DNA from: Candidatus Latescibacterota bacterium
GTDB lineage: Bacteria > Latescibacterota > UBA2968
Assembly: GCA_965204375.1 (NCBI GenBank)
Contig: OZ241986.1
Span: 672,001-736,000, forward strand
DNA length: 64,000 nucleotides
Direction of reading: 5' to 3'
In this document: positions 8,978-19,003 of the stretch, piece after piece
How the letters are laid out: every line of letters begins with the position of its first letter
How positions within the stretch are numbered: the first letter of the stretch is position 1
Position numbers and translations under genes: made by a program
The notes under the pieces: model-generated
Database searches by the model: none
What the model saw: the letters and a program-made list of their open reading frames with translations, nothing else
What the model was told of the DNA's origin: nothing

Positions 8978-9619
8978 ATGCCCCAGGTAAATACCATAGA
9001 ATCGAACCGCATGACAATGCCTGAGCCGCAGACTCCAAATCGGTTGTGGACAGTGCCCAATGCCTTAACGGTGTCGCGTCTGCTGCTTACGCCGGTGTTT
9101 TTGCTGTTGATTTTTGCCGCCAACTGGTATTTCAAAATCCTCGCGCTGCTCGTCTTTACTGTAGCCTCGTTGACTGATTTCTACGATGGGCGCATTGCGC
9201 GGCGCGATGGTACAGTGACGAATTTTGGTCGCTTTATGGATCCGCTGGCCGATAAGTTGCTGGTATCTTCGGCGTTGATTGCATTTGCGCGTTTGGGCAT
9301 GGTTGAAGCATGGCTTATCGGGGCGATGCTCGTGCGCGATGTCGTGATTACGGGATTGCGCATTTTTGCGATTCGACGAGGCAAACCCGTGGTGACCTCA
9401 CAACTTGCAAAGTGGAAAACCATGCTGCAATTGGTGCTTGTTTTTGGCATTTTGATCTTTATCAATGTGCGCGTGGTCGAAGCCGAATTGGCCGCCCAAC
9501 CAATTGTACTCGTAGGCGATATTTCTTATTGGGTTTTGAATGTCCTGGTGGCTGTTGTGACTCTCGTTGCTGTTGTTTCAGGCGTTCGGTATTTAATTGA
9601 AAATCGCAAGACATTTTAA
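8978..9619 (+). CDS. pgsA: CDP-diacylglycerol--glycerol-3-phosphate 3-phosphatidyltransferase
   Basis: PN.LT..R, TD..DG.IARR....T.FG.F.DPLADK; true start may be slightly downstream. Confidence 0.93.
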   Translation: MPQVNTIESNRMTMPEPQTPNRLWTVPNALTVSRLLLTPVFLLLIFAANWYFKILALLVFTVASLTDFYDGRIARRDGTVTNFGRFMDPLADKLLVSSALIAFARLGMVEAWLIGAMLVRDVVITGLRIFAIRRGKPVVTSQLAKWKTMLQLVLVFGILIFINVRVVEAELAAQPIVLVGDISYWVLNVLVAVVTLVAVVSGVRYLIENRKTF

Positions 9620-9646
9620 GGCGAGCGAATAGCTGCGCCTATAGTT

Positions 9647-10120
9647 ATGACAGATCTTCGGCCTCTTGAGCCATCTTTTTTTGTCCGGTTGATTGCAACC
9701 GGCTTTTTTTCTGGTTATTCGGGTTTTGCCCCGGGAACAGTCGGGTCAGGGGTGGCATTGGCGATTTATTGTCTGTTGCCGCCACTGAACCCTTGGGCGT
9801 GGGGGGGGCTGTTGATCGGGTTGTTTTTCGTGGGGGTTTATACATCCGGGGCATGCGAAAAAGCCTGGGGTAAAGATCCCAGATGTGTGGTGATCGACGA
9901 GTTTGTCGGATTTTTTGTGACCGTGAGTCTGCTTCCGCAGTCGGTGTTGGTGGGCATAGTTGGCTTTTTCGTGTTTCGCATACTGGATATTATTAAGCCG
10001 CCGCCCGTCCGGCAGGCCGAGGCCTTGTCCGGTGGGTGGGGTATTGTGGCCGACGATGTGGTTGCGGGAATTTATGGACAGATGATACTATGGCTGGCAT
10101 TCGCACCTTTATCGCTTTAG
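9647..10120 (+). CDS. pgpA: Phosphatidylglycerophosphatase A
   Basis: APGT.GS, KDP..VVIDE..G, FR.LDI.KP.P, GG.GIV.DD..AG. Confidence 0.93.
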   Translation: MTDLRPLEPSFFVRLIATGFFSGYSGFAPGTVGSGVALAIYCLLPPLNPWAWGGLLIGLFFVGVYTSGACEKAWGKDPRCVVIDEFVGFFVTVSLLPQSVLVGIVGFFVFRILDIIKPPPVRQAEALSGGWGIVADDVVAGIYGQMILWLAFAPLSL

Positions 10121-10665
10121 AAATGCCCGTTGCTGTTAAACGGCAAGTCGTTTCTGTGGCGCGTCACATGAGCCATTTGGGCCAGATTCGCTGGGTAAGA
10201 CCCGAGGGCGTACACCTCACCCTCAAATTTTTAGGTGATGTGGAAGAAAATCGCGTTGCGGATATTGTTTCAGCCGTGCAGCAGGTCGCTTCCAAATTTC
10301 AACCCTTCGCGTTGTCAACTGCGGGGTTGGGTGGTTTTCCGCGTCTTGAAAGTGCACGGGTGTTGTGGTTGGGCGTTGAAGGCGACCTGGAACAGCTAAG
10401 GATATTGCAAGGTCGGGTTGCGCAGAAGCTCGAAGACCTGGGATTTGAGCGGGAGCGACGCCGATTTTTCGCCCATGTGACGGTGGGGAGAGCGCGTCGT
10501 AAGCCGGTTCGCGTGACCGCTGAAAATGTGAAAACGTGGCGTGCGGTAAATTTTTCAGTTGATCGCGTCTCGGTGATGAAAAGCACATTGCGTCCCGAAG
10601 GTGCTGTGTACACGCCTTTGGGATACGGGATGTTTGAGGGTGGAGATCCCGGTTCTGATCGCTAA
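10090..10665 (+). CDS. thpR: RNA 2',3'-cyclic phosphodiesterase (2H family)
   Basis: [12 protein letters not shown] and HVTVGR 2H motifs, S.L.P.GA.Y. Confidence 0.92.
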   Translation: MAGIRTFIALEMPVAVKRQVVSVARHMSHLGQIRWVRPEGVHLTLKFLGDVEENRVADIVSAVQQVASKFQPFALSTAGLGGFPRLESARVLWLGVEGDLEQLRILQGRVAQKLEDLGFERERRRFFAHVTVGRARRKPVRVTAENVKTWRAVNFSVDRVSVMKSTLRPEGAVYTPLGYGMFEGGDPGSDR

Positions 10666-10673
10666 ATTGCTTC

Positions 10674-10702
10674 TTGACGTATATACAAATGTTCACTATA
10701 CT
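10674..10702 (+). promoter_or_regulatory. recA promoter with a possible LexA-type box in the spacer
   Basis: TTGACG-17 nt-TATACT; ATAC-AAAT-GTTC within the spacer. Confidence 0.6.
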
Positions 10703-10777
10703 TTGTTATACTTTGTGCGGTGCAGAATACGAGAGGGGCTGCGCCGTGATCCCAAACCTTTTGAAGGAGAGATGCAG

Positions 10778-11839
10778 ATGGCCAAACGCAATATTAAAGG
10801 TACGCAACAAATGGATGGCAAGCAGCAAGCAATAGACAACGCCATTGCCCAAATCGAAAAGCAATTTGGACAGGGGGCAATTATGCGCCTGGGAGGCGAG
10901 GATGGGCAACCCCTTGTCACAGAGGTTATTCCAACGGGTTCTCTAAGCCTGGATGTTGCATTGGGCGCTGGTGGCGTTCCCCAGGGAAGAGTGGTTGAAA
11001 TATATGGCCCTGAAGGGTCGGGCAAGACGACCTTGATTTTGCACATTATTGCCGAGGCGCAAAAGCGCGGTGGGGCAGCGGCTTTTGTCGATGCAGAACA
11101 CGCATTGAATGTGGAATTGGCCGAGCGCCTGGGCGTAGATATCGAAAATTTATTGATCGCCCAGCCCGATACGGGTGAAGAAGCACTCGAGATTACAGAT
11201 ACCCTCGTGCGCAGTGGTGCCTTTGAGGTCGTGGCTTTAGACTCTGTGGCTGCTCTGGTGCCGCGTGCAGAACTCGAAGGTGAGATGGGTGATTCTCACA
11301 TGGGCCTGCACGCTCGTTTGATGTCTCAAGCCCTGCGCAAACTCGTCGGATCAATCAGCCAGTCTAAAACCTGTGTGATCTTTGCCAATCAGATTCGCAT
11401 GAAGATCGGCGTGATGTTTGGCAATCCCGAGACGACTACCGGGGGCCGCGCGCTTCCGTTTTACGCAACGGTGCGTATGGATATTCGGCGCATTGGTTCT
11501 ATTAAAGACGGGCAGGAGATCGTTGGCAATCGCGTTCGGATTCGCGTGGTAAAAAACAAGATGGCACCGCCTTTTAAGGAATGTGAAGTCGATCTGATGT
11601 TTGGCGAGGGCATTTCCAGAGAGGGTAGCTTGATCGATATGGCCGAATTGCACGGGATTATCAAGAAGAGCGGTACCTGGTTCTCTTATGGGGATGATCG
11701 GCTTGGTCAGGGGCGTGAAAATGTCAAGCGCCATCTGAAAGAGAACGCGGTTTTGTCTGCAAAAATCGAACGCGAGGTGCGCGAGGTCGTGGGCCTTCCC
11801 ATAGATAAGGCGTTTGAACTCGGGGAAGACCCCGCCTAA
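10778..11839 (+). CDS. recA: Recombinase RecA
   Basis: [44 protein letters not shown]; RBS gaaggag. Confidence 0.98.
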   Translation: MAKRNIKGTQQMDGKQQAIDNAIAQIEKQFGQGAIMRLGGEDGQPLVTEVIPTGSLSLDVALGAGGVPQGRVVEIYGPEGSGKTTLILHIIAEAQKRGGAAAFVDAEHALNVELAERLGVDIENLLIAQPDTGEEALEITDTLVRSGAFEVVALDSVAALVPRAELEGEMGDSHMGLHARLMSQALRKLVGSISQSKTCVIFANQIRMKIGVMFGNPETTTGGRALPFYATVRMDIRRIGSIKDGQEIVGNRVRIRVVKNKMAPPFKECEVDLMFGEGISREGSLIDMAELHGIIKKSGTWFSYGDDRLGQGRENVKRHLKENAVLSAKIEREVREVVGLPIDKAFELGEDPA

Positions 11840-11979
11840 GTATGTTGTTGACATCTCAATTTTCTCTAATTTATTAAATGATGTTACGTATGCTCAAAAA
11901 AACTGGGAATCTTATCTAACGTGTTGGTGATAATTTCATCTTTTTAATTTTTCCAGGCCTTCAGAGAAATTGAGAAAGG

Positions 11980-14946
11980 ATGTCGCAAATGTTTTTGAAC
12001 AAAGGAATAGCGTTTATCGCTGCCCTTGTGTTGCTGCTATGCGTGGGGCAAGCCTCTGCTGTTTCCGATGCAAATAATCCTGCGGCGACTGTTACGCAGT
12101 CTGCGGATGCGGATCTCAACGGCGATGGGATGGTTGGTTTTGCGGATTTTTTGATCTTTGCAGGCATGTTTGGGGCAAATCAAGGCGATGATAGGTATGA
12201 TGTTCGAGCCGATCTGGATGGGGATGGTGCGATAGGTTTTGGCGATTTTTTGATCTTTGCCAATGCCTTTGGCACATCCGGATCTGGCGGCGGTGGTAGC
12301 CCTGATCTCATTGTTATAGCGCCTTCGGTGAGCGACACCCTGCTGATGCCTGGGCAGATGTTCACGCTGAATGTGACGGTGCGCAACCATGGGAATGCAC
12401 AAGCCGCTGAGACGACACTGACGTATTACCTCTCGACCGACGCGGCGATATCGACGAGTGATACGGAGGTTGGCACAGATGCGGTGGGCGGCCTTGCCGC
12501 TTCAGGAACCAGTGATAAATCGATCGGTTTGAATGCCCTATCAAGTGCTGGCATGTACTATTACGGTGCCTGTGTGGCGAGTGTCAGTGGTGAGAGCAAT
12601 GCGGATAACAACTGCTCAGGTGGGGTGCGCGTCACGGTCAGCGATGGTGGAGAAGGCGATCAAGGCAGTGAGACGTCCTTTGATCTGGATAACAACAGCA
12701 ATCCGCAGGATATCCTCTATGCCAACAACCGATTCTATGTGCTTGATTGGGAGGACGCAAGGGTCTATGGGTATGAGAGTGACGGTCAGCGCGATTCGGG
12801 AGTAAGCTTCCGTCTAAATAGCAGTTCTCCGACGAGTATCACCTATGCCAACGACCGATTCTATGTGGTTGATGACGGGGATGATAAGGTCTATGGGTAT
12901 GGGAGTGATGGTCAGCGCGATGCGGCAGCAGACTTTGATCTGGGTATCAGTGATCCGAGAGGTATCACCTTTGCCAATAACCGGTTCTATGTGGTTAATG
13001 ACGGGGATGATAAGGTCTATGGGTATGGGAGTGATGGTCAGCGCGATACGGATGCAGACTTCGATCTGGGTATCAGTGATCCGAGGGGTATCACCTATGC
13101 CAATGACCGATTCTATGTGGTTAATGACGGGGATGATAGGGTCTATGTGTACACGAATACTGGTCAGCGCGTTGCGGATGCAGACTTCCGTTTGTTTACC
13201 GGTGATCCGAGGGGTATCACCTTTGCCAACAACCGATTCTATGTGGTTGATTTCTGGAATGATAAGGTCTATGGTCACGGAAGTGACGGGCGGCGTGATA
13301 CGGGTGCGGACTTCGATCTGCATAGCAACAACTCTCCGCAGGCTATCACCTATGCCAACAACCGATTCTATGTACTCGATGTTGATGATGGAAAGATCTA
13401 TGGGTATGGGAGTGCTGGTCAGCGCGATGCGGCAGCAGACTTCGATCTGGCTAATAGTGATCCGTTTAGTATTACCTATGCCAACGACCGGTTCTATGTG
13501 CTTGATCCCTCGGATGTAAAGGTTTATGTGTACACGAGTGCTGGTCAGCGCGTTGAGGATGCAGATTTCGATCTGGCTGGCAACAACGATGACCCGTCGG
13601 GTATCACCTTTGCCAACGACCAATTCTATGTGCCTGACGGCTTAGATGAAAAGATTTATGCGTACACGAGTTCTGGTCAACGTGTTGCGATTGCAGACTT
13701 CGACCTGGCTAACACTTCTCCGTCGGGTATCGCCTATGTCGATAATCTGTTCTATGTGGTTGATGCCGCAGATGAAAAGGTTTATGTGTACACGAGTGCT
13801 GGTCAGCGTGTTGGGGCTGCGGACTTTGATGTGGCTATCAGTGATCCGAGAGGTATCGTCTATGCCAACGATCAATTCTATGTGCTTGAAGTGGAAGGTG
13901 CAAAGGTTCATTGGTACCCGATTGCCGACCCAACTCCCGATCTAATTATTGTATCGCCGTCGGCGAGCAATGACAGCCCGAATACCGGCGAGTCCTTCAG
14001 TTTGAGCGTTGCAGTTCGCAACCAGGGCGCGGGTTCTTCGGCTGCGACATCCTTGCGCTACTATCTCTCGACCGATGATTCGATTACAACGAGTGATACA
14101 GCGGTTGGCACGGGTGCCATAAGCAGTCTCAATGCGGGGAACGCGAGTGTCCAGTCAATTGACTTGAATGCGCCATCGAGTGTGGGGATATACTACTACG
14201 GCGCGTGTGTCCAAAGCGTCAGTGGAGAGAGCAATACCGATAACAACTGCTCGAATGGGGTGCGTGTCTCGACTGCAAACTTCGCTCTGGATGGCGAAAA
14301 TACTGATCCGGAAGGTATCGTCTATGCCAACAACCGATTCTATGTGGTTGATGCCAGGGACGCAAAGGTCTATGCGTACACGGGTTCTGGTCAGCGCGAT
14401 GCGGCAGCAGACTTTGCTCTGGATAGCAACAACACGGCGCCGGAAGGTATCACCTATGCCGACAACCGATTCTATGTGATTGATCGGGGAACTGTGTCTG
14501 AGCGGGGAGATGAAAAGATTTATGCGTACACGAGTGCTGGTCAGCGCGATGCGGCAGCAGACCTCACTCTGGATAGCGACAACACTGCTCCGGCGAGTAT
14601 TACCTATGCCAACGACCGGTTCTATGTGCCTGATTTTTCGAATCTAAAGATCTATGCGTACACGAGTGCCGGTCAGCGTGTTGCGGATGCAGACTTCGAT
14701 CTGGCTGAAGACAACATTGATCCGTTTGGTATTGCCTATGCCAATGACCGATTCTATGTGGCTAATAACTCTGATAGCGAGACTAATAAGGTCTTTGCGT
14801 ACACGAGTGCTGGTCAGCGTGATGAGGATGCGGACTTCGATCTGGTCAGCAGTGATCCGTTTGGTATCATCTATGCCAGCGACCGATTCTATGTGGTTGA
14901 TGGCGGGGATAATGCGGTCTATGCGTACACGAGTGCTGGACAATAA
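11980..14946 (+). CDS. Secreted protein: signal peptide, dockerin-like paired EF-hand, CARDB, 10 propeller blades, CARDB, 5 propeller blades
   Basis: Signal peptide; DLNGDG.VGF.DFL.F x2; PDLIV...YYGACV..V.GE....NNCS x2; ~42-aa P.GI.YAN.RFYV.D....KVY.Y...GQR....DFDL repeats. Confidence 0.85.
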   Translation: MSQMFLNKGIAFIAALVLLLCVGQASAVSDANNPAATVTQSADADLNGDGMVGFADFLIFAGMFGANQGDDRYDVRADLDGDGAIGFGDFLIFANAFGTSGSGGGGSPDLIVIAPSVSDTLLMPGQMFTLNVTVRNHGNAQAAETTLTYYLSTDAAISTSDTEVGTDAVGGLAASGTSDKSIGLNALSSAGMYYYGACVASVSGESNADNNCSGGVRVTVSDGGEGDQGSETSFDLDNNSNPQDILYANNRFYVLDWEDARVYGYESDGQRDSGVSFRLNSSSPTSITYANDRFYVVDDGDDKVYGYGSDGQRDAAADFDLGISDPRGITFANNRFYVVNDGDDKVYGYGSDGQRDTDADFDLGISDPRGITYANDRFYVVNDGDDRVYVYTNTGQRVADADFRLFTGDPRGITFANNRFYVVDFWNDKVYGHGSDGRRDTGADFDLHSNNSPQAITYANNRFYVLDVDDGKIYGYGSAGQRDAAADFDLANSDPFSITYANDRFYVLDPSDVKVYVYTSAGQRVEDADFDLAGNNDDPSGITFANDQFYVPDGLDEKIYAYTSSGQRVAIADFDLANTSPSGIAYVDNLFYVVDAADEKVYVYTSAGQRVGAADFDVAISDPRGIVYANDQFYVLEVEGAKVHWYPIADPTPDLIIVSPSASNDSPNTGESFSLSVAVRNQGAGSSAATSLRYYLSTDDSITTSDTAVGTGAISSLNAGNASVQSIDLNAPSSVGIYYYGACVQSVSGESNTDNNCSNGVRVSTANFALDGENTDPEGIVYANNRFYVVDARDAKVYAYTGSGQRDAAADFALDSNNTAPEGITYADNRFYVIDRGTVSERGDEKIYAYTSAGQRDAAADLTLDSDNTAPASITYANDRFYVPDFSNLKIYAYTSAGQRVADADFDLAEDNIDPFGIAYANDRFYVANNSDSETNKVFAYTSAGQRDEDADFDLVSSDPFGIIYASDRFYVVDGGDNAVYAYTSAGQ
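12680..13920 (+). repeat. Intragenic ~126-nt tandem repeats (10 units)
   Basis: Near-identical units start at 12841, 12967 and 13093 (126-nt period). Confidence 0.9.
14280..14943 (+). repeat. Intragenic tandem repeats (5 units), same family as 12680-13920
   Basis: Repeated tatgcgtacacgagtgctggtcagcg...gacttcgatctgg. Confidence 0.85.
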
Positions 14947-14988
14947 CGCACGGGGAACCTGAGAAAGAAATCGCATTTTAGGCTTTGA

Positions 14989-15038
14989 CAACAGAGTGGG
15001 TTTGCCTATTTTAATACCTGCTCTGTTGTTCTTTTTTA
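14989..15038 (+). terminator. Hairpin/terminator after the propeller gene, overlapping a possible recX promoter
   Basis: caacagagtgggt ... acctgctctgttg followed by a T-rich run; TTGACA at 14985. Confidence 0.45.
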
Positions 15039-15051
15039 GCGAGAAATTGTC

Positions 15052-15549
15052 GTGAAATTAGAAACCGATGAAGCCGTTGAGAAGGCCAAGGCGTATGTCT
15101 TGCGCTTGCTGGGCAATAGGGCTTATACAAAAAAAGAGATTTGCGACAAACTCGCTGGACGGGATTATGAGCAAGATGCGATTGAACAGACTCTCTCGAT
15201 GCTCGAGCGTCTCAATTTAATTGATGATGTGTTGTTTGCGCGTCAATTTGTCGAGCAGCGGTTGCGATTGCGGCCTTCTGGACGGATGGCACTTGTGCGC
15301 GATCTCGTGCATCGGGGTGTTCCGACTGAGATAATCGATCGCGTTTTGGACGATGTTTTGGCAGATATTGATATTGAAGATGTCGCACTCGATTTGCTGA
15401 TGGGCAGGGCAAATCGCTACCGGGGATTGTCTCGTGAGAAAGCGCTCGGGCGGATGTACGGTTTTTTGGGGCGCAGGGGATTTGAGGTTTCGGTTGCGCG
15501 AGATGTCGCTCAAAAAGTGTGGTCTAAAATAGAAAATGAAGAGGGTTGA
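15052..15549 (+). CDS. recX: Regulatory protein RecX
   Basis: LRLL..R..T..E...KL, LIDD..FA, L..RGV, FL.RRGF; recA/alaS synteny. Confidence 0.9.
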   Translation: MKLETDEAVEKAKAYVLRLLGNRAYTKKEICDKLAGRDYEQDAIEQTLSMLERLNLIDDVLFARQFVEQRLRLRPSGRMALVRDLVHRGVPTEIIDRVLDDVLADIDIEDVALDLLMGRANRYRGLSREKALGRMYGFLGRRGFEVSVARDVAQKVWSKIENEEG

Positions 15550-15556
15550 ATAGAAG

Positions 15557-18172
15557 ATGAAGACTGCTGTACAAATTCGCGAAGAGTTTCAGGCATTTTT
15601 TGAATCCAAAGGCCATACGCGGGTTCAAAGTGCCCCTCTATTGCCGCAAGACGATCCCACCCTTTTGTTTACCAATGCGGGTATGAATCAGTTTAAGGAT
15701 GTATTTTTGGGTTCCGGGCGTCGGTCTTATTCACGGGCGGTTGATACGCAGAAGTGTTTGCGGGTTTCGGGTACACACAACGACTTGGAAGAAGTGGGAT
15801 TCAGCCCCAACCATCACACGTTTTTTGAGATGTTGGGCAACTGGTCTTTTGGCGACTACTTTAAAGAAGAAGCTATAGCATGGGCGTGGGAGTTGCTCAC
15901 AGATGTGTGGCAGTTGCCAAAAGATCGCATGTGGGCAACGGTGTTTGGCGGCGACGAGGAGGACGGCCTGGAGGCCGATGTGGAGGCTGAAAATCTCTGG
16001 ACGCGCGTGACGGATTTGCCCGCCAATCGCGTGTTGCGTCTGGACAAGAAAGATAATTTTTGGGAGATGGGGAGTACTGGCCCTTGTGGCCCGTGTTCTG
16101 AAGTACACTTTTATCTCGGCGATGACCCGGCGCAACAGGATGCCGTGCCGGATTTAGACGCTGAGGATTATGTCGAGATCTGGAATCTGGTTTTTATTCA
16201 GTACAATCGCGATGCCGATGGTATATTGCAGCCTTTGCCAGCTCAGCACGTGGATACGGGGATGGGGTTTGAGCGGATTTGCTCAATTTTGCAGGGGGTA
16301 CAAACGACTTACGATACGGATGTGTTTTTGCCAATTATTGGGGCGATCAGTGAGATTACTCGAAAACCCTATAACCAAGACCATCAGGTGCCCATACGCG
16401 TGATTGCCGATCACGTGCGTGCACTCGCTTTTGCAATAGCAGACGGGACGTTGCCGTCCAATGAAGGGCGAGGTTATGTTTTACGGCGAATTTTGCGTCG
16501 CGCCGCACGGTTTGGACGCACGCTGGGAATGCATGAGCCGTTTATATTTCGACTGGTAGAGACAGTAGCCAGTGAAATGCGTGTTGCTTTTCCCGAGGTG
16601 GCAGAAAAACGCGATTATATTACACGGGTGATTCGGTCTGAGGAAGAGGGATTTGGCAAAACACTGGATCGCGGGCTGGAAATTTTTGACGCGATGCAGG
16701 CAAAAGGACATATTTCCGGGACAGATGCTTTCCAGTTATACGATACCTATGGCTTTCCCATTGATTTGACGCGGTTGATGGCAGCCGAAAAAGGTATTGA
16801 GGTGGATGAGGAGGGTTTTGAAGCGCAGATGGCAGCGCAACAGACGCGATCTCGTGAGGCGAACAAAAATGTGTTTGCACCACAAGAGACACATCGGGAA
16901 CTGCCGGAAAAGCATTCGGAATTTGTGGGATACGAAACGCTTGTATCCAATTCGCGCATTGTCGCCTGTCAACCCGCACAGGATGAGATGTTGGATCTCT
17001 ATCTGGATGTAACGCCATTTTATGCCGAGTCTGGTGGGCAGGTTGGGGATAAGGGTGAACTTGTAGGCGAAGGTGTGCGCTTTGAGGTAGCGACTACATT
17101 TAAGGCGGGAGAAGCAATTGTTCATCGCGGTCGCCTGTGCAATGGGCAGGCCGAAGGGCTGGTGGGGACAGGCGTGAAGGCGCGCGTCGATGTTGAAATC
17201 CGTTTGAATACAGCGCGCAATCACACGGCTACGCATCTGATGCATCGCGCTTTGCGGCAGGTATTGGGCGATCATGTACACCAGGCTGGTTCGCTGGTTG
17301 CCCCAGATAGGTTGCGCTTTGATTTTACGCATTTTGAAGGTGTAACGCCCGCGCAATTAGACGATATTGTGGGCATTGTCAATGACGCGGTCAGGCGGGA
17401 TTGGGCTGTCGATATTTCTTTTGGCTCATTGGATCGCGCCGTGGAAATGGGTGCGATGATGTTGTTTAACGAAAAATATGGCGATGTGGTGCGCATGGTG
17501 CAGGTAGGGGATTTTAGCCTGGAGTTGTGTGGTGGCACGCATGTGCAAAGCACCGGGCAAATCGGGCTGTTTCAACTCACGCAAGAGACGGGTACTGCAG
17601 CCGGTGTGCGGCGCATTGAGGCGGTTACCGGGCCGGGTGCAGAAGCCCTCGTGCGCGAGCAAAAGAAAATTTTGGTCGATCTCTCGTCGCAACTGAGTGC
17701 GTCAACATCGGAATTGTCGGATAAGGTCGCGCACCTGATCGCGCACAATCGCGAACTCGAGCGCGAGTTGCAGAGTTTGCGGCGGGAGCAGGCCGGTTCA
17801 GAGATGGATATGCTGGTGAGCAGTGCTCTGAATGTAAATGGGGTGCGCGTTGTGGCCGCCGAGGTCTCGCCGCCCGATATGGAAGGATTTCGCACAATGG
17901 GTGACGGTTTGCGCGATGCCTTGGGTACAGAGGGCGTTGGGGTGATTGGTGCGAATTTAAATGGCAAAGCATCGCTTCTCGCTGTGGTGACAGACGATCT
18001 GATCGGTCGGGGTGTGCAGGCTGGCAATGTTGTCAAAGCCATCGCACAGATTGTGGGTGGTGGTGGCGGTGGTCGCCCCCATCTGGCGCAGGCCGGTGGC
18101 AAGTTTCCCGAAAGGATTGGAGAGGCTCTGGCGCGAGTGCCCGACATCATTCGGACACAGGTGGGAGGGTAA
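15557..18172 (+). CDS. alaS: Alanine--tRNA ligase
   Basis: TLLFTNAGMNQFK, HHTFFEMLGN, NHTATHL, ELCGGTHV, GGGGGRP. Confidence 0.99.
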   Translation: MKTAVQIREEFQAFFESKGHTRVQSAPLLPQDDPTLLFTNAGMNQFKDVFLGSGRRSYSRAVDTQKCLRVSGTHNDLEEVGFSPNHHTFFEMLGNWSFGDYFKEEAIAWAWELLTDVWQLPKDRMWATVFGGDEEDGLEADVEAENLWTRVTDLPANRVLRLDKKDNFWEMGSTGPCGPCSEVHFYLGDDPAQQDAVPDLDAEDYVEIWNLVFIQYNRDADGILQPLPAQHVDTGMGFERICSILQGVQTTYDTDVFLPIIGAISEITRKPYNQDHQVPIRVIADHVRALAFAIADGTLPSNEGRGYVLRRILRRAARFGRTLGMHEPFIFRLVETVASEMRVAFPEVAEKRDYITRVIRSEEEGFGKTLDRGLEIFDAMQAKGHISGTDAFQLYDTYGFPIDLTRLMAAEKGIEVDEEGFEAQMAAQQTRSREANKNVFAPQETHRELPEKHSEFVGYETLVSNSRIVACQPAQDEMLDLYLDVTPFYAESGGQVGDKGELVGEGVRFEVATTFKAGEAIVHRGRLCNGQAEGLVGTGVKARVDVEIRLNTARNHTATHLMHRALRQVLGDHVHQAGSLVAPDRLRFDFTHFEGVTPAQLDDIVGIVNDAVRRDWAVDISFGSLDRAVEMGAMMLFNEKYGDVVRMVQVGDFSLELCGGTHVQSTGQIGLFQLTQETGTAAGVRRIEAVTGPGAEALVREQKKILVDLSSQLSASTSELSDKVAHLIAHNRELERELQSLRREQAGSEMDMLVSSALNVNGVRVVAAEVSPPDMEGFRTMGDGLRDALGTEGVGVIGANLNGKASLLAVVTDDLIGRGVQAGNVVKAIAQIVGGGGGGRPHLAQAGGKFPERIGEALARVPDIIRTQVGG

Positions 18173-18183
18173 GTAGTGCCTCA

Positions 18184-18933
18184 ATGTCGATATTCGAACA
18201 GTTGGTGGCTATTCGCAATCGCCGCGGGGCGGGGTTTTTGCCCTATCTGGATCCCGACAGGCTCGACAAGAACGATCTGGGGCGCACGGCCTCTCTTTGC
18301 GAAGCGCAGGGGGCAGACGCCATTTTGATCGGCGGCAGTTTTTTGCTATCCACCAATTTTGATCGCATGGTGAGCGAGGTTGTACGCGCTGTAGATATTC
18401 CGGTGATTATATTTCCCGGCGATACCAACCAGATCTCAGCGGCTGCCGATGCGATTATGTTTTTGTCGCTTATCAGTGGACGCAATCCCGAATTGCTGAT
18501 CGGGCAACACGTCAAGGCCGCGCCAATTTTGAAAGCACACGGCTTAGAGGCCATTGCAACCGGCTACGCGCTCGTAGATACAGGGCAATTAACCACAGCC
18601 GAATACGTGAGCAACACACGTCCCTTGCCGCGCGACAAACCCGAGATTGCAATGGCGCATGCTCTTGCCGCTGAGTATTTGGGTATGCAATGCGTGTATT
18701 TGGATGCCGGTAGCGGGCCAGAGTTGATGGTACCCGAAGAAATAGTACAGGCAGTCTGTAGTTATGTGTCAATCCCAATAATTGTCGGTGGTGGCATTCG
18801 CGATCCCAAAGCTGCGGCAAAGCGGGTCGCATTGGGTGCATCTTTTGTGGTGGTTGGTAGCATTTTTGAAGAAACGGGCTGGGATGCCGCGCTGATTGGC
18901 GCGTTTGCCTCTGCTATTCACTGTCTCGACTGA
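18184..18933 (+). CDS. Geranylgeranylglyceryl/heptaprenylglyceryl phosphate synthase (group II-like)
   Basis: LDPD, GGS, FPG, ADA..FLSLISGRNP..LIG, YLDAGSG, VGGGIR. Confidence 0.9.
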   Translation: MSIFEQLVAIRNRRGAGFLPYLDPDRLDKNDLGRTASLCEAQGADAILIGGSFLLSTNFDRMVSEVVRAVDIPVIIFPGDTNQISAAADAIMFLSLISGRNPELLIGQHVKAAPILKAHGLEAIATGYALVDTGQLTTAEYVSNTRPLPRDKPEIAMAHALAAEYLGMQCVYLDAGSGPELMVPEEIVQAVCSYVSIPIIVGGGIRDPKAAAKRVALGASFVVVGSIFEETGWDAALIGAFASAIHCLD

Positions 18934-18963
18934 GTCCATTTTTTCACAATTGGGGATGTCGTT

Positions 18964-18987
18964 ACCGTCTTTGCGGACGGTTTTTTT
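18964..18987 (+). terminator. Intrinsic terminator
   Basis: accgtc-tttgcg-gacggt followed by a T-run. Confidence 0.6.
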
Positions 18988-19003
18988 ATGCGAGTGTATT
19001 GTT

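Noticed and set aside
9647-10665. Missing cinA between pgpA and thpR
   Set aside because: Common rearrangement; no relic visible and the two genes overlap cleanly
12680-14943. Regular ~126-nt repeats as a CRISPR array or DGR template/variable repeat
   Set aside because: The repeats are in-frame coding units with no repeat-spacer alternation, no cas or reverse transcriptase gene, and differences not restricted to adenines
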